Shown here in pieces: positions 50,618 through 62,914 of a stretch of 64,000 nucleotides of DNA. Positions within the stretch are counted from its first letter, which is position 1, and every line of letters starts with the position of its first letter. A model generated the notes under the pieces. The model did not search any database and was not told where the DNA came from. It was given only the letters and a program-made list of their open reading frames with translations. This DNA is from Candidatus Poribacteria bacterium (GTDB lineage: Bacteria; Poribacteria; WGA-4E; WGA-3G). The position numbers and the translations under genes are program-made. The stretch is from the NCBI GenBank assembly GCA_965215265.1, contig OZ244048.1, positions 448,001-512,000 on the forward strand, in the 5' to 3' direction.

Positions 50618-51061
50618 TCACTCCTCAATAGATTTTGCCGGGTCAAACCCCAAAATTAACGCATCCTCATCCGACTCCAAAGATTCCACTCCTACCTGAC
50701 CTGCTACCTCCGGAATCTCTATTCGAACCGCTTCTGCCCACAGCCGCTCAAGATTATAGTAGGCACGGCGCTCTTCCAGAAAAATATGCACGACAAAATC
50801 AACATAGTCTAACAGAACCCAATCTGCTTTACGGGCACCCTCACGATGCCAAACACGCTGCCCCCAATGCTCCTCCAGCTCATCCTGCACTGCCTCTGAA
50901 ATACCTTCAACCTGGATATCCGAAATACCGCTGAATATGGCAAAGTAGTCCGTAAAACTGCCCAACTCACGCAGATCGAGGATAACCCCGTTTTGTGCAC
51001 GACGGCCCATCGCCGCCACTGCCGCCGCTTTCACCATTTTTAACGTCCGATCTTCTGACAT
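50618..51061 (-). CDS. rsfS: Ribosome silencing factor RsfS (Iojap)
   Basis: DYF.I.SG, WVLLDY.DFVVHIF..ERR.YYNLERLW; start at MSEDR. Confidence 0.92.
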   Translation of the reverse strand: MSEDRTLKMVKAAAVAAMGRRAQNGVILDLRELGSFTDYFAIFSGISDIQVEGISEAVQDELEEHWGQRVWHREGARKADWVLLDYVDFVVHIFLEERRAYYNLERLWAEAVRIEIPEVAGQVGVESLESDEDALILGFDPAKSIEE

Positions 51062-51126
51062 GATACTCCCTTTTCTAACTTTTCCAGAATACTTGACAAA
51101 ATAGAACTTGCAGAACTCTACCACAC

Positions 51127-51747
51127 CTAAGATAACAATGTACTGTTATAAGTAGCAAGCGTATCCGGATGAATCACCACCCGTTTTTTTAGCAGATGGT
51201 AAATTTTATAGCACGCAACCCAATGCACAGCCACTGATAATTGCCGCCAAGCCAAATCCCGAACTACCTTCACACCTTCATGCGTCCGCATCGGCTCCGC
51301 AAAATCCGCAACATACACCAACTGGGCAATCACACCCATTGACGCATGCCCCGTCGTATGACACCGAATCGCTTCAAGAACCTCCGAATCCGTCACAGCG
51401 AACCTCTCTAATGCAAGTTTAACACCGACGTGCGCATGCAAGAGCACCGGCGTAACTTGTTCTATCGCATCCAAGCGAATCTCATAACGAGAAACCGCAC
51501 TGTATAACTCATCTGGCTCCATCCATTTCGCGCAGTCATGCAGCAGTGCCGCAAGGCTCACCTTCCACACATCCGCTTTATGGCAACGTGCCAGCTTGAC
51601 CGCCATTTCCTGAACCGAAAGCACATGACAATACCGGTTACGCGACAGTTTTTTGGAAAGGTATGCCTCAATTTCAATGGACTTCCGATGTGCACGGAGC
51701 TCGCTTAACGAAAAAACCCCTTCAGAACAATTATTCGTGCTCATCAT
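51127..51747 (-). CDS. yqeK: HD-domain Ap4A hydrolase YqeK
   Basis: R..HVL.V, LLHDCAK, LLHA, AIRCHTTG, YVADF.EP.R; start uncertain. Confidence 0.88.
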   Translation of the reverse strand: MMSTNNCSEGVFSLSELRAHRKSIEIEAYLSKKLSRNRYCHVLSVQEMAVKLARCHKADVWKVSLAALLHDCAKWMEPDELYSAVSRYEIRLDAIEQVTPVLLHAHVGVKLALERFAVTDSEVLEAIRCHTTGHASMGVIAQLVYVADFAEPMRTHEGVKVVRDLAWRQLSVAVHWVACYKIYHLLKKRVVIHPDTLATYNSTLLS

Positions 51748-51934
51748 CAAAAAGCATCTCCAATTCCGAGAAGTCCGGCAAAGGCGTACTGATAACATAC
51801 TCCTCATTCAGCCATTTCCCCAAATCTAGCGCCTTACAACGTTCACTACAGAATGGAAAATTTTTCGGTAACGGAGCCCCCGCTTCCCATTTAAATTCGT
51901 AAGCCGTCCCGCACATGCTACAAGTATGTTCCAT
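51731..51934 (-). CDS. yacG: DNA gyrase inhibitor YacG
   Basis: CSMCG...FPFCSERCK.LDLG.WL.EEY.I zinc finger. Confidence 0.88.
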   Translation of the reverse strand: MEHTCSMCGTAYEFKWEAGAPLPKNFPFCSERCKALDLGKWLNEEYVISTPLPDFSELEMLFDDEHE

Positions 51935-51990
51935 TTTTTCTATCTCCTATCCTACCTGACTGCTTACGCCACAGCAACTTTATCGATTCT

Positions 51991-52581
51991 CTACCGATAC
52001 AACCCATGCTGAGCGATATACACGCGAACCGACTCCGGAACAAGATAGCGGATCGAACGCCCTTCTCTAATCCGTTCCCTAATCTCTGTCGCAGAAATAT
52101 CCACACCAGTTATCCCAAACAGCGTAACTCTATTACGTACCTCCAGCGGAACCCCATCAAGTTCATAGTTCGGACGCGTCGTCGCTATCATACGGCATCT
52201 TGCCAAAACGTCATCAAAATCTTTCCAAATTTTATACTCTATCAACGAGTCCGCACCGATTATCCACGCCAATTCTGTACTCTCTTTATAATGTTCCGCC
52301 AACACCTTCAAAGTCTGAATAGTATACGACGGACCCGCACGCTCCAATTCAATCCGAGACACCCCAAAACACGGGTTATCTGCTATCGCTAAGCACACCA
52401 TCTCGTAACGATGCTCTGCTGAAATAATATCACTCGCATACTTATGCGGCGGACGCGCGGAAGGCATAAAAAGAATCTCATCGTAACCTAAACCTTCACG
52501 CACCTGCTCAGCACTTAGCAAATGACCGCAATGAATCGGATTGAAAGTGCCGCCCATGATAGCGATTTTTTTAACATACAT
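51991..52581 (-). CDS. nadD: Nicotinate-nucleotide adenylyltransferase
   Basis: GGTFNPIH.GH, PPHK, GPSYT, IIGADS, ISATEIR. Confidence 0.95.
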   Translation of the reverse strand: MYVKKIAIMGGTFNPIHCGHLLSAEQVREGLGYDEILFMPSARPPHKYASDIISAEHRYEMVCLAIADNPCFGVSRIELERAGPSYTIQTLKVLAEHYKESTELAWIIGADSLIEYKIWKDFDDVLARCRMIATTRPNYELDGVPLEVRNRVTLFGITGVDISATEIRERIREGRSIRYLVPESVRVYIAQHGLYR

Positions 52582-52633
52582 CCTACACCCCTGCTAAATC
52601 CCTCTCACACCCTCGTAGAACCGCATATCTTAA

Positions 52634-52662
52634 ATTATACAGATTTAACCAGTAAAAGTCAA
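52634..52662 (-). promoter_or_regulatory. Sigma70-like promoter for nadD operon
   Basis: Minus strand TTGACT-17bp-TATAAT. Confidence 0.7.
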
Positions 52663-52715
52663 CGAAATTTATCCGCAAATTACTGGCGGGTTATCAAAAT
52701 TTTTCATATTTTTTC

Positions 52716-52744
52716 TTGACAAATTTTTTACAAAATTTTATAAT
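52716..52744 (+). promoter_or_regulatory. Perfect consensus sigma70 promoter for the paralog cluster
   Basis: TTGACA-17bp-TATAAT. Confidence 0.85.
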
Positions 52745-52884
52745 TCGTTTATATGAGAGATCACGTCGGATGCACAAAAACCTAAAGCATGACTGCATGG
52801 CGACGTGTTAAATGCTAGTTCTAGCACAACGTTAAACTTCTTATAGCGGGTATCTAGACCCCATTTACAAGGAGGAAAAATTAA

Positions 52885-53718
52885 ATGAGAAAAGTTATTG
52901 TGTTTATGCTTGCCACAGCACTGATTTTCGGACTCGTTGTAAGCACCCCGGATCTTGCTGTCGCACAAGGCAAAGTCAACATGAAAGGTGGACCCTTAAA
53001 AGAGGACGATTGGCTCGCAAACCCCGGCGAAGCCGCTTTAAACGAAGACCATGCCAAAGTTAAGACGTGGATCAGTTTGTGGTACGGACCCGATGGAAAC
53101 TACGAAAATAACGGCGGGTTCGCCGCTTCCGCACCCAAAGACCTCATTGAGGAAGCGACAAACGGTAAACTGACGCAAGTCTCGCTCTCCACTGTTGAAG
53201 GACTTAAACTCACACAGAGCATCGATCTCAATTGGAAAGACGCAAACGGCGGAAAGAGAGGGTGGACCGTCTTCGAACTCGATCCAGCGGATACCCATAA
53301 TATGACACGCGAAGGTCCTGGTGATAGCATTGATACCTATGTTATCTGTGTTATTGATGCACCCAAGGATATGAAAGCCGTGATGTCACCCGCACACGAC
53401 GATCATGCACAAATCTGGATCAACGGCGAGAAATGGTACAATAACTCCACATGGACGGGACACGTCCAACAGGTTGATTTCAATATTGAAGTCGACCTCC
53501 AAAAAGGTGCTAACGTCGTCCTTTACCGCGTCGGAGAATCCGGTGGAGATGACTATATAAACCTCCATTTTGATGATAACACCCACAAGGTTGCCGACAT
53601 CTATCCCCAGAGAGCGAACAACCAGAAAAGTTTCTTTGACGAAGTCGCTGGCGTTTTAGATGTAGATCCCGTTGGAAAATTGGCAACCACCTGGGCGGAT
53701 ATTAAGCAAGAACGCTAA
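52885..53718 (+). CDS. Secreted hypothetical protein, paralog 1 (beta-sandwich-like, KLATTW tail)
   Basis: AAGGAGG RBS, signal peptide, HDDHAQIWINGEK, V.LQKGAN..LYR, VDPVGKLATTWADIK. Confidence 0.88.
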   Translation: MRKVIVFMLATALIFGLVVSTPDLAVAQGKVNMKGGPLKEDDWLANPGEAALNEDHAKVKTWISLWYGPDGNYENNGGFAASAPKDLIEEATNGKLTQVSLSTVEGLKLTQSIDLNWKDANGGKRGWTVFELDPADTHNMTREGPGDSIDTYVICVIDAPKDMKAVMSPAHDDHAQIWINGEKWYNNSTWTGHVQQVDFNIEVDLQKGANVVLYRVGESGGDDYINLHFDDNTHKVADIYPQRANNQKSFFDEVAGVLDVDPVGKLATTWADIKQER

Positions 53719-53740
53719 ACGCGAATCACGCACACTAAAA

Positions 53741-53795
53741 TACCGCCGATCGTAACCCGACTTTTCAGAAACGCAAAATTATGCGGCCGGCGGTA
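53741..53795. terminator. Long imperfect hairpin between paralogs 1 and 2
   Basis: TACCGCCG...CGGCGGTA closing stem; terminator or mRNA stabiliser. Confidence 0.4.
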
Positions 53796-53832
53796 TCTTC
53801 CAATACTAACCTATTTTAGGAGGACAAATATA

Positions 53833-54687
53833 TTGTACAAAACAATAATGCTTATGAAAATATTAAACACCTTGACATTTCAAACCGTACTGGTTTTGAT
53901 ATACCTGATTGGTGTGACGACACTCGCAAGCGCACAAGGCAAAGTTAACCTTAAAGACGGTCCCTTAAAAGAGAAAGATTGGCTCGCAAACCCCGGCGAA
54001 GCCGCTTTGAACGAAAGCCATGCGAACGTTAAAACATGGATTAAGAAATGGTACGGACCCGATGGAAACTACGAAAATAACGGCGGGTTCCCCGCTTCCG
54101 CACCCAAAGATCTCATTGAAGACGGCACAAAAGGGAAATTGACGCAACCTAAACTTTCAACCGTGGCAGGCTTGCAAATGACCCAAAACGTTGATATATC
54201 ATGGCCAAAAGCAAACGGCGGCCCGCGAGAATGGACTGTCTTTGAATTAGAACCTGCCGACGGCAACAATATGAACCGAGACGGACCCGTTGATAATATT
54301 GATACATACGGAATTATTGTTATTAATGCTCCAAAAGCCATGAAAGCCGTCATGTCACCTGCACATGATGACCACGCGCAAATCTGGATTAACGGCGAGA
54401 AGTGGTACAATAATTCTGCATGGACAGGGGCTGCAACGCAGGTCGATTACAACATTGAGGTCGATTTGCAAAAGGGCGCGAACGTCCTACTCTACAGAGT
54501 TGGCGAATCCGGCGGCTCCGCATATATCAACCTCCACTTTGACGATGAAACCCACAAAGCAACCGACATCTATCCCCAGAAAGCGAACGACCAGAAAAGT
54601 TTCTTTGACGAAGTCGCCGGGGTTTTAGATGTAGATCCCGTTGGAAAGTTGGCAACCACTTGGGCGGATATTAAGCAAGAACGCTAA
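53833..54687 (+). CDS. Secreted hypothetical protein, paralog 2
   Basis: AGGAGG RBS, TTG start; highly similar to paralog 1. Confidence 0.88.
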   Translation: MYKTIMLMKILNTLTFQTVLVLIYLIGVTTLASAQGKVNLKDGPLKEKDWLANPGEAALNESHANVKTWIKKWYGPDGNYENNGGFPASAPKDLIEDGTKGKLTQPKLSTVAGLQMTQNVDISWPKANGGPREWTVFELEPADGNNMNRDGPVDNIDTYGIIVINAPKAMKAVMSPAHDDHAQIWINGEKWYNNSAWTGAATQVDYNIEVDLQKGANVLLYRVGESGGSAYINLHFDDETHKATDIYPQKANDQKSFFDEVAGVLDVDPVGKLATTWADIKQER

Positions 54688-54723
54688 ACGCGAAAGCAAA
54701 AATGCTTAATCATTAAATTTAAT

Positions 54724-54752
54724 TTGATAAATTTTGATTAAAATGCCATAAT
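54724..54752 (+). promoter_or_regulatory. Sigma70-like promoter for paralog 3
   Basis: TTGATA-17bp-CATAAT in AT-rich spacer. Confidence 0.45.
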
Positions 54753-54816
54753 ATTAACAAAGTTTGTTTTAAACTTTACTAATCTATTTTGATTCTCTAA
54801 AAGGAGTTAAGTTCAA

Positions 54817-55647
54817 ATGAAAAAGATTTTTAATGTTATCTTCGCAACTGCGATAGTTTTCACACTTCTAATTGCCATTTCGCACCTTGCTATGGCGCAA
54901 GGCGTTGTTAATCTCGCCGGCGGCCCCCTGGCGGAAGATGCACTCTTAGAAAACCCCACAGAAGCCGCACTCAACGAAGATCACGCTGATGTCGAAACTT
55001 GGATTACCAAATGGTACGGACCCGATGGCAATTATGAAGTTAACGGAGGATTCGCAACTTCCGCGCCCATCGATCTCATTGAAGAAGGAACGGGAGGCGC
55101 GCTTTCACAGGTTTCACTCTCAACCCTTGATGGACTCCTCCAAACCCAAAGCATTGATATGGAATGGGGCGACGACCATGGCGGAACCAGAGCCTGGACA
55201 GTCTTTGAAATCGATCCCGCCGACGGCGATAATATGAACCGAGACGGACCTGTTGACAATATCGATACATACGCCGTTATCGTTATTGATGCCCCTGATG
55301 CAATGAATGCCGTCATGTCACCTGCACACGACGATCATGCACAAATCTGGATCAACGGCGAGAAATGGTACAATAACTCTGCATGGACCGGCGCAGCGAC
55401 ACAGGTCGATTTCAATGTTGAAGTGTCACTTCAAAAAGGGGCCAACGTCTTACTCTACCGTTGTGGAGAAAGTGGCGGCTCCGCATATTTCAACTTACAC
55501 TTTGATGATGCAACACACGATGCTGTCACCATTTATCCGAATGCCTCTACCGATAAGCAGAGCTTCTTCGAGGAAATTCTGCCACTAACTGCCGTTGAAG
55601 CAGCCGGAAAACTGACAACCACTTGGGCAGATATTAAACGCAGATAA
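54817..55647 (+). CDS. Secreted hypothetical protein, paralog 3
   Basis: AAGGAG RBS; same motifs, tail VEAAGKLTTTWADIK. Confidence 0.88.
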   Translation: MKKIFNVIFATAIVFTLLIAISHLAMAQGVVNLAGGPLAEDALLENPTEAALNEDHADVETWITKWYGPDGNYEVNGGFATSAPIDLIEEGTGGALSQVSLSTLDGLLQTQSIDMEWGDDHGGTRAWTVFEIDPADGDNMNRDGPVDNIDTYAVIVIDAPDAMNAVMSPAHDDHAQIWINGEKWYNNSAWTGAATQVDFNVEVSLQKGANVLLYRCGESGGSAYFNLHFDDATHDAVTIYPNASTDKQSFFEEILPLTAVEAAGKLTTTWADIKRR

Positions 55648-55850
55648 AGCAGCATAACTATTGCAAGCACGAACCTTGCAGGCGCTTTATTGCGACACGC
55701 TACAAAACCTAAGCCTTTAGTTGTCGGTTCTTGCAGCGATTCAAAACTATCTGACACCCTGGCGAACTGTTCTCTCTCATAGAAGACAGTTCGCCATCTT
55801 TTTTAACCGTTTCTCTCCTTCTTCATTGGATCCTACTCACTGCGAAAAAC

Positions 55851-55879
55851 TTGCAAATCGCAACCGTTTCGTGTATAAT
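55851..55879 (+). promoter_or_regulatory. Sigma70-like promoter, probably giving a leaderless mRNA
   Basis: TTGCAA-17bp-TATAAT, ATG 6 nt downstream, no RBS. Confidence 0.6.
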
Positions 55880-55885
55880 AATAGC

Positions 55886-56500
55886 ATGTCATACAAAATC
55901 ATCCACTGTTCACTCACACTTATCTCTCTCCTCTGCCTCAGCGGATGGATCGGGAGTTGGAACCGCACAATCAGAGACGGCAACGAGGCGTATCTACGCG
56001 GAAACTACGAACACGCACTTGAAGTTTTTCAGAAAGCCACTCACCAGAAACCGGAAAACGCCATCGCGCACCATAACCTCGGAACTGCACTCTACAAAAA
56101 TGGTAACTTTAAAGCAGCCGCACAAGCATTTCAAAAAGCACTATTAACTGACGATAGACTTAATCAAGCAGCCGCCTATTACAACCTAGGCAACGCACAA
56201 TTCCAACTCGGCGATTTTACAGATGCTATTCAAGCTTACCGACACGCACTACGCTTGCAACCCACCGATGTTGATACAAAGTACAACCTTCAACTCGCAC
56301 TCCTGCGAATACAGCAGCAACCTACACATCAAGCCGGAAAGCAGCCCCAACAAAAACCGACAAAAAACGGGGCCAGCAAAATCCATAAAACCGAAGCACG
56401 ACAACTCTTGCAACGGCTTACACACAACGAAAATAGACTCCGCCAGAACTTATTAAAACAGAAACTTAAAAGCGGATATCGCCGACAGAAGGATTGGTAA
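55886..56500 (+). CDS. BatC-like TPR protein
   Basis: GN.AY..G.Y, HNLGTALYK, YYNLGNAQF, Y..ALRL.P.D...KYNL, ends KDW; precedes BatD. Confidence 0.8.
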   Translation: MSYKIIHCSLTLISLLCLSGWIGSWNRTIRDGNEAYLRGNYEHALEVFQKATHQKPENAIAHHNLGTALYKNGNFKAAAQAFQKALLTDDRLNQAAAYYNLGNAQFQLGDFTDAIQAYRHALRLQPTDVDTKYNLQLALLRIQQQPTHQAGKQPQQKPTKNGASKIHKTEARQLLQRLTHNENRLRQNLLKQKLKSGYRRQKDW

Positions 56501-56504
56501 CGTA

Positions 56505-58238
56505 TTGCAACCCTCTTTTCAGGTAGAGCACAATATGATTCGCAATCAAATAGGTAGCCCACGAAAACTACTCTCAGCCTCGAATAAAAAAATCATTCCG
56601 GCAATCCTTATACTCACCCTCAGCCTCTTATACGGCAACACTACCTACCAATGGACTCCTGCTGCAGAACCTAATCCTCCTAACGTTGATGTCGCCGCTG
56701 TCGTAAAACCCCGACACATCCAATCCACCGAAAAAGCCACCTTGGAACTCAGCATCTCCGGAACTACTTTCCTTGAACATATTGAGGCACCGACCTTCAA
56801 CTTTCTTCCGGCGTTTATCGCAGTCCCACTCCGTTCTACCACCACGCCACGGCTCGAGGCAGATAAAATCGCTGTCTCTATGGCATGGTTTTATGAACTC
56901 ATACCACAGAAAACCGGTGATTTTTCACTCTCTGATATCCGGTTCTCTTACCAAGGCACACCCTATTTCGCAAACCCCGGCACCGTTCGCGTCAGCGCAG
57001 CAGACACCTATGTCGATGCTACAACAGGAGGCACCCACACAACAGAGGCAAAAGTCACCTCACAAAACCCTTATCTCAATCAGGCAGTTACCTATACATT
57101 CCGATATCTCTATACAACCATCCTCCCTACCGCCGACGCGCCTACACCCACTTTTCCCCAGTTCCCTGACTGTTTAGTCGAAGAACTACCACCACCGCCT
57201 AATCAAACCGAGCAAATTCGAGGACAGACGTTCTGGGTACAAACACACCTACGCAGACTCTACCCACAAAAAACCGGCACCATCGTTATTGAACCTGCAG
57301 CAATCACACTCCCGCTCAAACGCAGAGCCAAAACCTTAAAAACTGAAACCATCATCCTGAACGTCCAAGCCCTACCAGAAATTGGGAAACCGCACGACTT
57401 CACCGGAGCCGTCGGTGAATACCAACTCACCGCACACGTTGACCGGAACCCTGTTGAAGCAGATAGCGCCCTCTCACTCACATTACGCATCTCTGGCAAC
57501 GGCAATATGCAAACAGTAGCACCTCCCAGGCTACCAACAATACCCGGACTCACTATTAACGGACCCAATCGCGCTGAAGAAACAACACCGCAAAGCCGCG
57601 TTTACGTCTATGCACTAGTGCCATCTCAAGTCGGGACCTTGCAGATACCTTCAATTAAATATCCATACTGGCACACACAACGCCGTGAATACCAAACCGC
57701 ACGAACAACTCCAATTCTCGTTACCGTACTCCCAAAACTAACAGATCAAACCGATAGCACAGCCGATAGCACACAATGGAAACCGTGGCTCTTCGTGTTA
57801 TCCCTCTTTGTCCTTATCGGTTTAGCAATAGCCAGCTATTTCTGGGCGCGACGCAAATCAAAACCACAACAATCACAAAATGCAGCACCGGACACCCCGC
57901 TAAATACACAAGCACTCTCGGCACTCAAAGTACTCGCCTCAAGGAATGCTCAAAACACCACTGAATTTGGCAATGCACTCGCACAAATCTTATATCGCTA
58001 CCTCTGCGAGATATTTGGAATGCCCGACATCCAGCGTAACACCACCACAGTTCGTCAACTCGGCACACAAGCAGGACTCTCTGAACCCATTCTACATGAA
58101 TTAATAGATATTCTAACGCAATGCGATTACTATCGATTCTCGCCTGCACCCCTTTCTGCAGAGGCGCGGAACGCCTTAATCGCACGCACGGAAACTGTCA
58201 TCTCTCATGCTCACATAGAAATCCGTAAAAAATCGTAA
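56505..58238 (+). CDS. BatD family protein
   Basis: L.PQKTG, LNVQALP..GKP..FTGAVG, ISG.GN, C-terminal TM and CD.YRFSP. Confidence 0.85.
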   Translation: MQPSFQVEHNMIRNQIGSPRKLLSASNKKIIPAILILTLSLLYGNTTYQWTPAAEPNPPNVDVAAVVKPRHIQSTEKATLELSISGTTFLEHIEAPTFNFLPAFIAVPLRSTTTPRLEADKIAVSMAWFYELIPQKTGDFSLSDIRFSYQGTPYFANPGTVRVSAADTYVDATTGGTHTTEAKVTSQNPYLNQAVTYTFRYLYTTILPTADAPTPTFPQFPDCLVEELPPPPNQTEQIRGQTFWVQTHLRRLYPQKTGTIVIEPAAITLPLKRRAKTLKTETIILNVQALPEIGKPHDFTGAVGEYQLTAHVDRNPVEADSALSLTLRISGNGNMQTVAPPRLPTIPGLTINGPNRAEETTPQSRVYVYALVPSQVGTLQIPSIKYPYWHTQRREYQTARTTPILVTVLPKLTDQTDSTADSTQWKPWLFVLSLFVLIGLAIASYFWARRKSKPQQSQNAAPDTPLNTQALSALKVLASRNAQNTTEFGNALAQILYRYLCEIFGMPDIQRNTTTVRQLGTQAGLSEPILHELIDILTQCDYYRFSPAPLSAEARNALIARTETVISHAHIEIRKKS

Positions 58239-58294
58239 ACCACCACTATAGGTTTACTATGTAAACCTAAACTAACACAAAGGAGCACCACAAA

Positions 58295-58822
58295 ATGGAT
58301 ACCCTTTCACAATTAATTGACTGGTTTCATCTCTTAGGGCTTTGGCTCCATATTATCGCCGCCGTAACCTGGATCGGAGGCAATCTCATCCTTGCCATCG
58401 TTATCGTCCCATACTTCAAAAAGACCTTACCACCTGTCCAACGCATTCAACTCTTGACACAGCTCGGTAAACGTTTTGAACCTGTTGTTTGGGGCTGTGT
58501 AATTGTCCTATTTTTCACGGGCATTTTCAACATCTTCAACGTCATTTCGTTCAACACGCCATCTGAAATACTGGGAACCTTCATGCGAACTTTGTTCATC
58601 AAGTTGATGCTCTTTATTGTTCTTATTATCTTGACAGCACTTCACAGCTTTATTTTTGGACCGAAATTATCATCCGCCATCGACTCCTTGGACGCAACGC
58701 TTGAAGCACTCCCGCCTGAAGTTGATCGACTCCGTTCTCAAATGTCGACGATTTCTAGTCTCATGGGGGTTGTTTCATTGCTCATCCTCTTAGCAGCGGT
58801 TGCCCTACGGATGGGAATTTAA
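58295..58822 (+). CDS. CopD/DUF4149-like membrane protein
   Basis: WLHIIAA.TWIGG, TG..N, KL, H.F..GP; four TM helices. Confidence 0.75.
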   Translation: MDTLSQLIDWFHLLGLWLHIIAAVTWIGGNLILAIVIVPYFKKTLPPVQRIQLLTQLGKRFEPVVWGCVIVLFFTGIFNIFNVISFNTPSEILGTFMRTLFIKLMLFIVLIILTALHSFIFGPKLSSAIDSLDATLEALPPEVDRLRSQMSTISSLMGVVSLLILLAAVALRMGI

Positions 58823-58850
58823 TCTTTTCATAACAAACGGAGGAAAACCT

Positions 58851-59603
58851 ATGCGAATCCAAATTCTCGCCGACGTTGCCGAAGGAATCACCATCCCTAT
58901 TAACTATAACCATTGGCTTTCTGCAACCGTTTATCATTTCCTTGCCGGTTCCAATGCCCAATACGCCGATTTCCTACACAATGAGGGGTACCGCGTGCAA
59001 AAGAAACAGTTCAAACTATTCACCTTCTCACAGTTGATGGCACAACGACGGCAAGTGCGCAAGCAATATATCCACTTCGCCTCAACTTTGACATGGTACG
59101 TTTCTTCTCCAATTGAGCAGTTCTTAACCCATTTCGCCGATACCCTCCTCACACAACGGAGACTCTTCATAGGACACCATCAGCTGCAAATTCAAGATGT
59201 CAACGTTCTGCGCAGCCCACATTTTAAGAGAGAGATGCAATTCCGCTGTCTCTCTCCTATTGTCATGTCCACTGTCCGAACACACAACGGAAAAAGCCGT
59301 TGTCACTATTGTACACCCGATGACCCACAACTCTCCGAGCTCATCAAGAAAAACCTTATCCACAAACATGAGGCGTTGTACGCTAAACCTCCTCATAACC
59401 AGAACCTCACTTTCCACTTTGACCAAGGTTATATCAATCGGAACCAAGGACGCGTCACCCGCTTAGTAGACTACAAAGGCATCAAAATACGTGGTGTCTT
59501 ATGTCCATTTCGAGTTGTCGGCAGTCCCGAGCTCATACGCGTCGGCTACGAGTGCGGCTTCGGCGACAAAAACAGTGCCGGCTTCGGCATGGTTGAAGTC
59601 TGA
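58851..59603 (+). CDS. cas6: CRISPR-associated endoribonuclease Cas6
   Basis: INYNH, LH.EGY, FKLFTFS, LSPI, C-terminal GFGDKNSAGFG glycine loop; ATG after GGAGG. Confidence 0.95.
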   Translation: MRIQILADVAEGITIPINYNHWLSATVYHFLAGSNAQYADFLHNEGYRVQKKQFKLFTFSQLMAQRRQVRKQYIHFASTLTWYVSSPIEQFLTHFADTLLTQRRLFIGHHQLQIQDVNVLRSPHFKREMQFRCLSPIVMSTVRTHNGKSRCHYCTPDDPQLSELIKKNLIHKHEALYAKPPHNQNLTFHFDQGYINRNQGRVTRLVDYKGIKIRGVLCPFRVVGSPELIRVGYECGFGDKNSAGFGMVEV

Positions 59604-59621
59604 TTATCGTAGTTTTTTAGA

Positions 59622-59806
59622 ATGCTTGCTACCTGGGCGCACGCTCCACTCCAAGCGGTGCCATCCCAGAATCTTGCCTCCCCCATGGAGATGGGTTTTG
59701 CACACCGCCACAGTGCCGAGTGAACAACGCCTGTCTCTAAACGAAGCTACAAGGGGTATTGCAAACACCAGAACCCTGGCACGTCTCAAATCAAGCAGGT
59801 TGAGCA
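59622..59806. ncRNA. Candidate structured non-coding RNA (long imperfect fold-back), class unknown
   Basis: Nested pairings TGCTT..ACCTG/CAGGT..GAGCA, GTGCCA/TGGCAC, TTGC/GCAA, CCCC/GGGG, GAGATGGG/CCTGTCTC; no credible ORF. Confidence 0.35.
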
Positions 59807-59842
59807 CAGGTAGGAGCAACCCGGCGGAGCGCTCCTACCTGT
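59806..59842. repeat. GTAG-type REP-like hairpin / possible terminator
   Basis: ACAGGTAGGAGC...GCTCCTACCTGT perfect 12-bp stem. Confidence 0.65.
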
Positions 59843-59856
59843 ACTGCTAAAAGCAT

Positions 59857-59885
59857 TTGACTTTTTTTCTTAAATTTGGTAATAT
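59857..59885 (+). promoter_or_regulatory. Sigma70-like promoter for the csm operon
   Basis: TTGACT-17bp-TAATAT with TG. Confidence 0.55.
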
Positions 59886-59917
59886 TTAACGTAAACTAAA
59901 TTAGGCGGAGAAATTCA

Positions 59918-62904
<2,987 letters not shown>

Positions 62905-62914
62905 GGAGAAACAC

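Noticed and set aside
59650-59790. Cobalamin or c-di-AMP riboswitch, or omega/HEARO RNA
   Set aside because: Only isolated short motifs match and the core consensus elements are missing
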